The notes under the pieces are model-generated. The model saw only the letters and a program-made list of their open reading frames with translations, made no database searches and was not told the origin of the DNA. Below, in pieces: positions 16,985-27,273 of a stretch of DNA of 64,000 nt (position 1 is its first letter; the number at the start of each line of letters is the position of its first letter). Made by a program: the position numbers and the translations under genes. Source of the stretch: Candidatus Acidiferrum sp. (GTDB lineage: Bacteria > Chloroflexota > Dormibacteria > CF-121). The stretch is from positions 1,378 to 65,377 of the forward strand of contig DATNMH010000037.1 in NCBI GenBank assembly GCA_035602395.1, in the 5' to 3' direction.

Positions 16985-19408
16985 ATGAGCAGCGCCATCA
17001 ACCTCAAGCTGGGCGCCCGTCAGCCGGCACAGCCGGGGAAACCAGATGCCTCAGCGATGGAGATGGAGCGCCGCATCATCTGGGTCCGCTGGCTCGCGAT
17101 TCTCGTCTCCCTCGGCGCCCTCCCCTTTCTGTCAACCAGTCTGAATCGGCAATCGCTCGTGACCCTGGCGGCCTTGATCGGCCTCGGCGCGATCTACAAC
17201 CTGACGCTGCTCGTCATCATCCTTCCGCGCAAGCCAGGGTGGCTGACCAGCGGCTACATCTCGGCGATCGGCGACACCCTGCTCGTCACCGGCGGCGTTG
17301 CCGTCACGGGCGGCCTGGACTCGCCCTTCTTCCTCGCCTATTTCGTGGTGACCGTCACCACCGCGGTGCGCTTCGGCGGTCTGGCCGCCATCGTCGCCGT
17401 CCTTACGATCGCCTTGAGCTATACGGCCGTCGTCTACTACGACAACACGGTCGCGGGCACGTCGCTCACCCTGAACGCCCTCACCAACCTGGCGATGCGC
17501 ACCGGCTTCGTCGCCATCACCGGCATCTTCGTTGGCTTCGTCGGCGACCGCGCCCGGCGCGCCGAGCAAGCGCTGGAGGAAGAGTTGCAGCGGGCGCACG
17601 CCTCGTTGTCCGAGGTGACCGTCGAGCTCAACCGCGACCTCGAGTTCGAGCAGACCTGCCTGCTCGCCGCCGAGAAAGGCCGGCTGCTGCTCAACGCCGA
17701 TGCCTTCTTGCTCCAGGTCCAGATGCCGCCCCTGATCGGACAGGACGAGTCGGCGCCCCCCGCCTCGTCGCTCTACATCGACTGGAACCCCGAGCTCAAA
17801 GCCGAGTACGCGGGCGTCGACATTACCGGAGCGCGGCTTTCGCTGACGCCGGCGATGGGCGAACAGGTCATCCCGCTCAGCGACCCGAACATCGTGCTAC
17901 CCGATAATCCCAAACCGCTGCCGGCCGGGCTCTGGTACCGCGTGCCGGTCTTCCACGGGGCGCGGGCGATCGCGGACATGATCGTCGGCTTCCAGAACCG
18001 TATCGAACCGCTTCGCCAAACCGAGCAGGAGCTGATGTTGACCTTCGCCGAGCGCGCGGGCATCGCGATGCGCAACGCGCACGCGCTCGACCAGGCACAA
18101 AAACTCTCGGTCACTGACTCGGTCACCGGGCTGCCGAACCACCGCTATTTCCACACCAGGTTCGACGAGGAGCTCGAGAGCACCAAGGAGACCGGCGGGT
18201 CGATCACGGTCATGATGATCGACCTCGACCGCTTCAAGGTCTACAACGACAGCTTCGGCCACGCCGCCGGTGACGTCGCACTCAAAGCGGCGGCGCGCAC
18301 CATCTCGTCGACGATGCGCCGCGAGGACACGGTCACCCGATACGGCGGCGAGGAGTTCGTGGCCATCCTTCCGGGGGTCGACATCCAGACCGCGCCGATT
18401 CGGGCGCAGGAGATTTGCGACACCCTCGCCAAGGTCTTCATGTACAACCCCAAGACCATCTTCGCGCCGCTGACGGCCTCGGTTGGCTGGGCGACCTATC
18501 CCGTCGACGCCAAGAACCGCGACGAGCTGCTGAACCGAGCCGACCTCGCCATGTACATGGCGAAGAAGCGTGGCCGCAACTGCATCTGCGGCGCCTGCGA
18601 ACTGGAGAGCGTCGCCGCGCTCGACTCGGTCTTGAGCGAGGTGGTGGCCCAGCTGGCGAGCGCCGACACGGTCGGGCCGGGCATGGTCGCGACCCTCGAA
18701 AAGCGCCTCGGCCAGATCGCCAACTCCTCTCACCTCGAAGAACTCGCCGAAGGCATGCTGTCGCCGAACAGCGAAGCGACGCTGGAGGCCCTCAACGCGC
18801 TGGCGGCCTCGATCGACGCCAAGGACCCGTACACCAGCGGCCATTCGCAGTCGGTCGCCAAGCTCGCCGAAGACCTGGGCGACATGCTGCAGCTGTCGGC
18901 GGCGCATAAGAACCAGTTGCGCCTCGCCGCCATCCTCCACGACGTGGGCAAGATCGGCGTGGTCGACAAGGTGCTGCTCAAGGAGGGCAAGCTCGACGAA
19001 GACGAGAAGCTGATCATGCGCATGCACCCCATCCTGGGGGCGCGCATCCTGCAGCCGATCAAAGCCTTCCGCCAGATCCTTAACGTCGTGCTGCACCACC
19101 ACGAGTGGTACGACGGGAGTGGCTATCCGGACGGGCTTGCGGGCCAGAACATCCCGCTGCACGCGCGCATCGTGTCGGTCTGCGACGCCTACCACGCGAT
19201 GACGTCCACCCGGCCCTACCGGCAGCGGCGCACGCCGGACTTCGCGCTGGCCCAACTCGAGGCGGGCAAGGGCACGCAGTTCGACCCGATCATCGTCGAC
19301 TACTTCGTCCAGATGATGCGCAAGCGCCAGGCGGAAAACCCGGACGCTCTCGAAGCTGACGTGCACGACGAACACCCAACACCGCCTGATGTCGAGGCGG
19401 CGAGTTAG
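16985..19408 (+). CDS. Membrane-anchored GGDEF diguanylate cyclase fused to an HD-GYP phosphodiesterase
   Basis: 807 aa. The N-terminal ~200 aa contain 5-6 hydrophobic helices, followed by a central sensor-sized region. The GGDEF domain carries RYGGEEF with RRED (RxxD I-site) five residues upstream. The C-terminal HD-GYP has HDVGKIGV and HHEWYDGSGYPDGL. Confidence 0.9.
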   Translation: MSSAINLKLGARQPAQPGKPDASAMEMERRIIWVRWLAILVSLGALPFLSTSLNRQSLVTLAALIGLGAIYNLTLLVIILPRKPGWLTSGYISAIGDTLLVTGGVAVTGGLDSPFFLAYFVVTVTTAVRFGGLAAIVAVLTIALSYTAVVYYDNTVAGTSLTLNALTNLAMRTGFVAITGIFVGFVGDRARRAEQALEEELQRAHASLSEVTVELNRDLEFEQTCLLAAEKGRLLLNADAFLLQVQMPPLIGQDESAPPASSLYIDWNPELKAEYAGVDITGARLSLTPAMGEQVIPLSDPNIVLPDNPKPLPAGLWYRVPVFHGARAIADMIVGFQNRIEPLRQTEQELMLTFAERAGIAMRNAHALDQAQKLSVTDSVTGLPNHRYFHTRFDEELESTKETGGSITVMMIDLDRFKVYNDSFGHAAGDVALKAAARTISSTMRREDTVTRYGGEEFVAILPGVDIQTAPIRAQEICDTLAKVFMYNPKTIFAPLTASVGWATYPVDAKNRDELLNRADLAMYMAKKRGRNCICGACELESVAALDSVLSEVVAQLASADTVGPGMVATLEKRLGQIANSSHLEELAEGMLSPNSEATLEALNALAASIDAKDPYTSGHSQSVAKLAEDLGDMLQLSAAHKNQLRLAAILHDVGKIGVVDKVLLKEGKLDEDEKLIMRMHPILGARILQPIKAFRQILNVVLHHHEWYDGSGYPDGLAGQNIPLHARIVSVCDAYHAMTSTRPYRQRRTPDFALAQLEAGKGTQFDPIIVDYFVQMMRKRQAENPDALEADVHDEHPTPPDVEAAS

Positions 19409-19411
19409 GCG

Positions 19412-20461
19412 ATGGCCCTCGACGCCAACGGTCACCCGGTTTCGAAGATCGCCCAGCGCAAGCTCGAGCACCTGCGTTTGTCGCTGGAAGCCTCGGTGCA
19501 GTCGACGCGCAGCGCCGGCTTCGAGCGCTACGCCTTCAGCCACGAGGCGCTCCCCGAGCTTGACCTGGACGCCATCGATATGACCACCAGTTTCCTGGGC
19601 AAGCCCCTCAAATTGCCGTTCCTGATCTCGAGTATGACTGGCGGCGCCCACGCGGCCGGCGACATCAACCGCCGCCTGGCGTTGGTCGCGCAATCGGTCG
19701 GGATCGCCTTCGGCGTCGGTTCGCAGCGGGCGGGGATCACCCACAAAGACCTGCGCGCCACCTACCAGGTGCGCAGCGTCGCCCCCGACGTCCTGCTGTT
19801 CGCCAACCTGGGTGCGGTTCAGCTGAACTACGGCATGCGCCAGGAGCAGGCGCTCGAAGCGATCGAGATGATCGGCGCGGACGCGCTGGTGCTGCATCTC
19901 AATCCGCTGCAAGAGGCGCTCCAGCCCGAAGGCGACCACAACTTCAAGGGACTGATCGAGAAGATCGGTAGCCTCTGCCGCGAACTCCCCGTTCCGGTGA
20001 TCGTCAAGGAGGTCGGCTGCGGCATCTCAGAGCGTACCGCGGGGCTGCTGGCGGCCGCCGGTGTGGCCGCCATCGACGTCGCCGGTCTCGGCGGCACCAG
20101 CTTCGCCAGGGTGGAGGCCTTTCGCCGTGAGCGTCCCGAGGAAGTCGAGCTGGCGCTTGCCTTTTCGGAGTGGGGCATCCCCACGTCGGAGGCGCTGATC
20201 GCGACCCACCGCGCCGCCCCCCAGCTGCCGCTGATCGCGAGCGGCGGCCTCAAGCATGGGCTCGACGCCGCCAAGGCGCTCGGACTCGGTGCCGACCTGA
20301 CCGGCTTCGCGCACGCCGTGCTCGCCGCCGCCTCGGAAGGCGAAGAATCCGTTCGCCACTTGCTCGACGGCTTCGCCTGGCAGCTACGGGTCGCCATGTT
20401 CTGCGCGGGCGCCCCCACGATCGCGGCACTCAAGAGGACTCCACCCGTCGAAGTGGGATGA
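19412..20461 (+). CDS. fni: Isopentenyl-diphosphate delta-isomerase, type 2 (FMN-dependent)
   Basis: 349 aa with FLISSMTGGAHAAG, VIVKEVGCGIS and LIASGGLKHGLD, the characteristic IDI-2 TIM-barrel motifs. It starts 3 nt after the preceding gene. Confidence 0.9.
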   Translation: MALDANGHPVSKIAQRKLEHLRLSLEASVQSTRSAGFERYAFSHEALPELDLDAIDMTTSFLGKPLKLPFLISSMTGGAHAAGDINRRLALVAQSVGIAFGVGSQRAGITHKDLRATYQVRSVAPDVLLFANLGAVQLNYGMRQEQALEAIEMIGADALVLHLNPLQEALQPEGDHNFKGLIEKIGSLCRELPVPVIVKEVGCGISERTAGLLAAAGVAAIDVAGLGGTSFARVEAFRRERPEEVELALAFSEWGIPTSEALIATHRAAPQLPLIASGGLKHGLDAAKALGLGADLTGFAHAVLAAASEGEESVRHLLDGFAWQLRVAMFCAGAPTIAALKRTPPVEVG

Positions 20462-21498
20462 AGACCAAGACCTTCGCCAGCCGCACCGACCGGCTGCAGG
20501 CGATGAACCAGGCGCTGGACCGCGAGCTGTCGCGCCTATCGCAGCGCGTCGGGTCCAGCCAGAGCTCGCTGCTGACGGAGATGGTGCAGTACCACCTCGG
20601 CCTGCGGAAGGCGGGCGAGCGTCCCGGAAAGCGCCTGCGGGCGAACATCGCGTTGCTCACCTGCGAGGCCTTTGGCAAGCGCTACGCCGATGCCTTGTGG
20701 GCGGCGGTGGCGGTCGAACTCGCACACAACTTCTCGCTGGTCTTCGACGACGTCCAGGATCATGACGAGCTCCGCCGCGGACGGCCCTCCGTCTGGAAAG
20801 TCTGGGGCCCGGGCCAGGCGATCAACGCCGGCGCGGCGCTGGAGGCACTCGTCACCCGGGCGGTGGTCGACCTGTTGCCGGCGCGCTACGCGGACCGCAC
20901 GCGGCCGGCGCTCCTCTTGCTCACCGATTCGATGCTCGCGCTCTGCCGCGGGCAGGTGCTCGACCTGCAGTTCGAGCAGCGGGTCGATGTCTCCGTCGAC
21001 GAGTACATGGAGATGGTGGGGCTGAAGACCGCCACGCTCTTCGACTGCGCCGCGCGGCTGGGCGGACTCTCCGCGGGCGTCGGCGACGCGGCATTGGACA
21101 AAGCGGGCAAGTTCGGCTACCACCTCGGGATTGCATTCCAGGTGATCGACGACATCCTCGGCGTTTGGGGGTCGACCAACCAGACCGGCAAACCGATCGG
21201 TAGCGACCTGAAGAACGGCAAGAAGACGCTGCCGACGCTGGTCGCGCTCAAGGGCGGCGCCGCCGGCAACCGGCGGGTGCTGCGATCGCTGCTGACGCGC
21301 GCGACCTTCAGCGCAACCGAGATGGAGACCGCCCGCGCCATCATCACCCAGTCGAGCGCGCAGGGGATCTGCCGCCGCCAGGCGGCGGAGCACCTCGCCG
21401 AGGCGCGCCTTCAACTGTTCGGCATGACCGACCGTCCAAACTGGGCCGTCCGGGCGCTGGCCGAGATGGTCACCACGCTGGAGTCGGGACTGGTCTAG
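20458..21498 (+). CDS. Polyprenyl diphosphate synthase, probably GGPP synthase
   Basis: The ATG at 20458 overlaps the idi stop (ATGA). First Asp-rich motif LVFDDVQDHDELRRGRP and second FQVIDDILG. GGPP specificity is inferred from context only. The longer track ORF from 20170 is a different upstream frame extension and is rejected. Confidence 0.85.
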   Translation: MKTKTFASRTDRLQAMNQALDRELSRLSQRVGSSQSSLLTEMVQYHLGLRKAGERPGKRLRANIALLTCEAFGKRYADALWAAVAVELAHNFSLVFDDVQDHDELRRGRPSVWKVWGPGQAINAGAALEALVTRAVVDLLPARYADRTRPALLLLTDSMLALCRGQVLDLQFEQRVDVSVDEYMEMVGLKTATLFDCAARLGGLSAGVGDAALDKAGKFGYHLGIAFQVIDDILGVWGSTNQTGKPIGSDLKNGKKTLPTLVALKGGAAGNRRVLRSLLTRATFSATEMETARAIITQSSAQGICRRQAAEHLAEARLQLFGMTDRPNWAVRALAEMVTTLESGLV

Positions 21499-21561
21499 CG
21501 GCGTGCCCGACGTTTGCGGGGGGCCCAGGGTCAGCCTGGCTGACAGAATAGGGGCAGGAGG

Positions 21562-22326
21562 ATGGGGTCAACGGCACTGCCGTCGCGCACCCCGAGGGTC
21601 GTGACATATCTCATTTGGATCGTGGTCCTACTGCTCGCCGTTGGCCAGCCGGGCACAAAAGCCCCGGTGATGGCCCCCAGCGAGGTGCTTGGCGTGCACG
21701 CCGGAACGGATAATCAGGGCTTGCAGGGCAAAGTCTACGTGGCCCTGGGCGACAGCATCAGCGCCGGCCGTTTTGCCACGGCCCAGGACGGCACCTTTCC
21801 CGCACTGGTCGCGGACAAGGTGGGTATGACGCTCGACCTGGTGGCGCGCAGCGGGGCGAAAGCGGCCTGGGGGTTGCCGCAGCTGGGCGCCGTCGAGGCG
21901 GCCCACCCGGCGCTCGTCACCATCGAGCTCGGCACCAACGACGTCGGCTTCAACACGCCGCTCGACACCTTTGCCGCGCAGTACGAGGCGATCGTCAGTG
22001 GCGTCTCCGGCGCGCAGACCCGAGTCCTCTGCATCGGCAGCTGGCTGCCGTCTGACGTGATCGATGCCATCATCGCGCAGACGTGCGAACGACATGGCGG
22101 GACCTACGTCACGCTGAACGGCTTCTATGCCGTTAACGCCTTCCACGGTACCGACGGCGGCTCGAGCTACCTCGGCCGCACCGACTGGTTCCACCCCGGC
22201 GACCAGGGCCACGCGGCGATCGCCGCGGCCGTGCTCTCGGCACTCGGCGCCGGGCCCGCGCCGGTCGTCGGCCCCTTGCCGTCGGTCTCGCAGATCCCCG
22301 ACGTGATCCGCACCCGACCGCAATAG
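21562..22326 (+). CDS. Secreted SGNH/GDSL-family hydrolase
   Basis: Signal/anchor (VVTYLIWIVVLLLAVG), block I VALGDSISAG, block III GTNDV, and block V WFHPGDQGH. A GGAGG SD lies upstream of the ATG. Confidence 0.8.
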   Translation: MGSTALPSRTPRVVTYLIWIVVLLLAVGQPGTKAPVMAPSEVLGVHAGTDNQGLQGKVYVALGDSISAGRFATAQDGTFPALVADKVGMTLDLVARSGAKAAWGLPQLGAVEAAHPALVTIELGTNDVGFNTPLDTFAAQYEAIVSGVSGAQTRVLCIGSWLPSDVIDAIIAQTCERHGGTYVTLNGFYAVNAFHGTDGGSSYLGRTDWFHPGDQGHAAIAAAVLSALGAGPAPVVGPLPSVSQIPDVIRTRPQ

Positions 22327-22359
22327 CGAGCCCCCGGTCACCGTGACGTCGCTAGCCTA

Positions 22360-23985
22360 TTAGGGTTCGAGCACCTCGCCAATCTTCAGCGCCAGATGCA
22401 GCGAGAGCCGGACTTCGGCATTGCGCAGGTCGACCCCGAGAAGGTCCTCGATCCGCCCGAGGCGATAGAGCACGGTGTTGCGATGCAAATGGAGGCGCTC
22501 CGCCGCGTCGGTCGGGCTCCCGTTGGTCGCCAGGTAGGCGGCGAGCGTCTGGAGCAGCACGCCGGCGCGATCTTTGGTCCGCAGCCTCGCCAGCGCGTCG
22601 TCGCGGAAGGCCCGCATCTCGGGCAGCGGCTGCAGCGCGTAGAGCAGGCGATAGAGGCCGAGGTCGTTGAAGGCGGTCGCGCTGTCCGGTCCAAAAAGAC
22701 GCCGGCCCATGGTCAGGGCTTGCTCCGCCTCCCGGGCGCCCGCCGCCACCTCGCTCGCGCCCGAGCGAACGCCGCCGTAGCCGACCGCCACCGGCGTATT
22801 GGCGGAGACGCGGGCGGCGCGGTGTAAGTGATCCACCACCGATCGCGCGTCGGGAGCCCGCCGCCCGGCAAGACTCACGAGCGCCAGCGTCGCCTCGCCG
22901 CGCTCCCGCACCAGCGCGCTGAGCCGCATGGTGCCCAGCTGACGTTCCCAGGCGGCCCGGATCCTGGGCGCGAGCCCAGGTTCCACCGGCTCGGCGGCGA
23001 TCACCAGGTAATTGGCATCCACGTCGAAGCCCTTGCGCTTGGCCCGTTCGCGAGCCGCCTGGTGGGTGCCCGGTCGGCCGGCGGTCAGCACGTCGAGCAG
23101 CTCCTCCTCCACCTCGTCGCGCGCGTCGCGTGCCGCGCGCGCGCGAACCAGCTCGATGGCGCACGCGTGCGCCGCGCGCCCGACCGCCAGCCGGTGCATC
23201 TCCCCCAGCTCACCGTCCGAGCCCAGCAACGACAGGAAGCCGGCGATACTTCCCTGCACCAGGATGGGCGCGATCAACCGAGTCTGGCCGTGCGCCAGCG
23301 GTCGTAACGCAACCGGCGGATCGAAGGCGCTGAGGGGAACCTCACGCAACCACTCTTCGAGCGCAGGACGCTCCTGCGCGATCAGCGCGGCCGCGCTCTC
23401 TGCGAGCCGGCCGGCGCCGACATAGTCGAGACCCGAGTCGCGCTCGAGCACCACCGGCACGCCGGTGAGCTCGTGGAGCCGGGCCAGCAGCGCCGGGAGC
23501 CCGCGTCCTGCCAGCGCCAGCTCGCTCAGCTGTCGGTGCAGGTCCTGGGCGCGCTCGTGAAGCTCGGCCCGCTGGTCGACGATGTAGCGCAACACCTGCT
23601 GTTCGACCTGGTCGAGCGGCAAGGCGGCCGGCAGCGCGAACAGCGGTAAGGCGTGCGCCTCCGCGACCCGACGCGCCTCGGGTGAGACCCGCCCGAGCAC
23701 CGCGGCCCCGGCGACCCCCTGGCCGGCGAGCGATTCCAGTAGGCGGGCGAGCGTCAGGCGCGAATCGACTGCCGTCAGCACCTGGGGATCGATCAGGAGC
23801 AGCTCGCCCCCGCGCAGCGGCGTGAAGGCCGGCTGCCGGGCGCGCAACGTCGTGCACCAGACGACCTCGCGACGAGACCCTGCACTCCCCGCCACCAGTT
23901 GCGTGCCCTGTGGTAGGGCGCCGCGCCACACATCGTCGACGGTGACGTGAGGGTGGGCCGGGGCGACGGGTGTCTTCGAGCCCAT
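22360..23985 (-). CDS. PucR/CdaR-family transcriptional regulator
   Basis: 541 aa with a C-terminal PucR-type HTH (AAERLHLHRNTVLYRLGRIEDLLGVDL) and an N-terminal purine-catabolism-regulator-like region. Confidence 0.85.
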   Translation of the reverse strand: MGSKTPVAPAHPHVTVDDVWRGALPQGTQLVAGSAGSRREVVWCTTLRARQPAFTPLRGGELLLIDPQVLTAVDSRLTLARLLESLAGQGVAGAAVLGRVSPEARRVAEAHALPLFALPAALPLDQVEQQVLRYIVDQRAELHERAQDLHRQLSELALAGRGLPALLARLHELTGVPVVLERDSGLDYVGAGRLAESAAALIAQERPALEEWLREVPLSAFDPPVALRPLAHGQTRLIAPILVQGSIAGFLSLLGSDGELGEMHRLAVGRAAHACAIELVRARAARDARDEVEEELLDVLTAGRPGTHQAARERAKRKGFDVDANYLVIAAEPVEPGLAPRIRAAWERQLGTMRLSALVRERGEATLALVSLAGRRAPDARSVVDHLHRAARVSANTPVAVGYGGVRSGASEVAAGAREAEQALTMGRRLFGPDSATAFNDLGLYRLLYALQPLPEMRAFRDDALARLRTKDRAGVLLQTLAAYLATNGSPTDAAERLHLHRNTVLYRLGRIEDLLGVDLRNAEVRLSLHLALKIGEVLEP

Positions 23986-24082
23986 AGTTCGTGCACCGCG
24001 CCCTAAGGCGAGTGGTTACCGGCTAGTATCGCACACGAACGGGGCCGAATTTAGTCTTGGCGCACAACCCACGGGGGGCCCT

Positions 24083-24520
24083 TCAGGCGGACTTGATTCG
24101 CCGTCTGGTCGGACGCGCCGGCTTCTTTACCGGCTTGGCGCGTTCTTTCGCGGGCGCCTTCCTCCCGTTCGCGGCGCTCGCGGCGGCGACCTTTCGAGTC
24201 GGCCCCTTCCAGAGCGACTCGAGATCGTAATACGAGCGCTCGCCCGGGAGGAAGACGTGGACGATAACGCTGGCGTAATCGAGGACGACCCACGACCCAT
24301 CGTCGTAGCCGGCCGTCCGCAACGGCCGCACCCCTTTCGCCTTGCAGGCCTCGACGATCGAGTCGGTGATGGCTCGCACCTGGCGATCGGTGTCGCCTTC
24401 GCAGATCACGAAGTAATCCGCGATCGAGCTCTTCTGCCGGATATCCAGCCGGACGATGCCCCGCGCCTTCTTCTCCGCAGCAGCACCTTCGATTAGCCGG
24501 CTGAGCTGAAGCGGAGTCAC
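24083..24520 (-). CDS. rsfS: Ribosomal silencing factor RsfS (Iojap) with a basic C-terminal tail
   Basis: Core IVRLDIRQKSSIADYFVICEGDTDRQVRAITDSIVE...WVVLDYASVIVHVFLPGERSYYDLESLW. The GTG at 24520 is chosen so the gene follows the nadD stop (24555). The tail is ...GRKAPAKERAKPVKKPARPTRRRIKSA. Confidence 0.85.
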   Translation of the reverse strand: MTPLQLSRLIEGAAAEKKARGIVRLDIRQKSSIADYFVICEGDTDRQVRAITDSIVEACKAKGVRPLRTAGYDDGSWVVLDYASVIVHVFLPGERSYYDLESLWKGPTRKVAAASAANGRKAPAKERAKPVKKPARPTRRRIKSA

Positions 24521-24554
24521 TGCCCTGATTATCCCAGTTGCCGTGGACGTGGCG

Positions 24555-25145
24555 TCAGGCACGGTAGAGGTGGTGCGACCGGATGTAGTCGGCAACGGCG
24601 GCTGGCACCAGGTCGTCGATCGGCGCCCCTCGCGCCAGGCGGTCGCGGACCTGGTGCGCGGCGATCGCCGGGGTGTCGAGATGAACGATCTGGGTTCGGG
24701 CGGGCGCAAAGCCGAGCTCGTGCAGCGTCTGCGGCGCCAGGGTGGTCTCGGGGCGATTGAAGATCACGAAGTGCGCGACGTCGAGCAGCGCATCGGCTTG
24801 GTGCCAGCTGCGGATCTGGAGCGCCGCATCCGATCCCAAGAGGATCGCGAATCGCCGCTCGGGAAACCGGCTCGCCAGCTCGCCAACCGTGTCGAGGGTG
24901 TAGGAGGCGCCGCCCCGGTCGACTTCGAGCGCGGAGGGCAACAGCCCCGGCTGGCCATCGACCGCCAGGTGCACCATCCGCAGCCGGTCGTCCGCGCTCG
25001 CGACCGGGGCCGCGCTCCGATGCGGCGGCATCGCATTCGGCATCAGCCAGACCTCCACGAGATCCGCGACGTCGCGCAGCTGGCGGGCCGCCGCCAGGTG
25101 CCCGTTGTGCACCGGGTCGAAGGTTCCCCCCATGATGCCGGTCAC
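24555..25145 (-). CDS. nadD: Nicotinate-nucleotide adenylyltransferase
   Basis: GGTFDPVHNGH motif immediately after the start. Start is the GTG at 25145 or the ATG at 25133, both after the obg stop at 25157. The upstream part of the 306-aa track ORF overlaps obg and is Arg-rich. Confidence 0.88.
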   Translation of the reverse strand: MTGIMGGTFDPVHNGHLAAARQLRDVADLVEVWLMPNAMPPHRSAAPVASADDRLRMVHLAVDGQPGLLPSALEVDRGGASYTLDTVGELASRFPERRFAILLGSDAALQIRSWHQADALLDVAHFVIFNRPETTLAPQTLHELGFAPARTQIVHLDTPAIAAHQVRDRLARGAPIDDLVPAAVADYIRSHHLYRA

Positions 25146-25156
25146 CTCGGGCACGT

Positions 25157-26467
<1,311 letters not shown>

Positions 26468-26548
26468 TCATAAGCGGCCCCGGTGTGGAAAGGCCGCGTG
26501 ATGTGTGGAAACGCGAGCGTGTCATTAAGCGGCCCGTGCCGCCGAGCG

Positions 26549-26809
26549 CTAAACGGCTTCGGCCAGGACCGAGACTTTCTTCCGCCCGTGACCGGTGCGC
26601 TCGAATTTGACCACCCCGTCGATGAGAGCGAAGAGGGTGTGGTCGCGCCCCATGCCGACGTTGGTCCCGGGAAAGATCGCCGTCCCTCGCTGGCGAAGCA
26701 GGATGGTGCCGGCGTTGACCGCCTGGCCGGCTCCGGTCTTCATGCCCAGCCGCTGGCCGACGCTGTCGCGTCCGTTGCGTGATGAACCTGCGCCTTTCTT
26801 GTGTGCCAT
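26549..26809 (-). CDS. rpmA: 50S ribosomal protein L27
   Basis: [22 protein letters not shown]... There is no N-terminal propeptide, consistent with the absence of a ysxB/prp gene between rplU and rpmA. Confidence 0.97.
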   Translation of the reverse strand: MAHKKGAGSSRNGRDSVGQRLGMKTGAGQAVNAGTILLRQRGTAIFPGTNVGMGRDHTLFALIDGVVKFERTGHGRKKVSVLAEAV

Positions 26810-26812
26810 GGT

Positions 26813-27238
26813 TTACTCCTGCTTGCTCGCTTCCGCGCTCGCTTTCGTTCGACGCGCTTTCGGCGCCGGCATCTGCGCGGTCACGGGTCGTTCGCCCCTC
26901 GCCGATCCCCCCGCGCTCTTCCCCTCCGGGGGCCGGATAGCGCCGATGCGCAGCTCCGACAGCTGCTGCCGGTGGCCGGTCTTGCGCCGCTTGCGCTTGC
27001 GCGCCTCGAATTTGAAGACGATGATCTTGTCCCCCGACCGATGCGCGACCACGGTCGCCTCGACGGCCGCGCCCGAAACGAACGGGGTGCCCACCATCGG
27101 CTTGTCCTCGCCGCCGAACATCAGCACCGAGTCCAGCCGCACGGTCTGACCGACCTCAGCCGGCACCCGGTCGACCAGGATGCGGTCGCCTTCTGAGACC
27201 CTGAACTGCTTTCCGCTGGTAGCAACGATGGCATACAT
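26813..27238 (-). CDS. rplU: 50S ribosomal protein L21 with a C-terminal extension
   Basis: [24 protein letters not shown]... begins at the ATG at 27238. A roughly 40-aa basic/Ala-rich tail follows the conserved core. Confidence 0.95.
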   Translation of the reverse strand: MYAIVATSGKQFRVSEGDRILVDRVPAEVGQTVRLDSVLMFGGEDKPMVGTPFVSGAAVEATVVAHRSGDKIIVFKFEARKRKRRKTGHRQQLSELRIGAIRPPEGKSAGGSARGERPVTAQMPAPKARRTKASAEASKQE

Positions 27239-27273
27239 GACAATAGCGCCCCCGGGCGCGACTCCGTAGTTTA

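Noticed and set aside
17897-19939. 680-aa ORF antisense to the GGDEF/HD-GYP and idi genes
   Set aside because: It is an antisense shadow ORF in high-GC DNA. It is Arg/Asp/Val/Gly-rich with no motifs, while the sense frames carry unambiguous GGEEF, HD-GYP and IDI-2 motifs.
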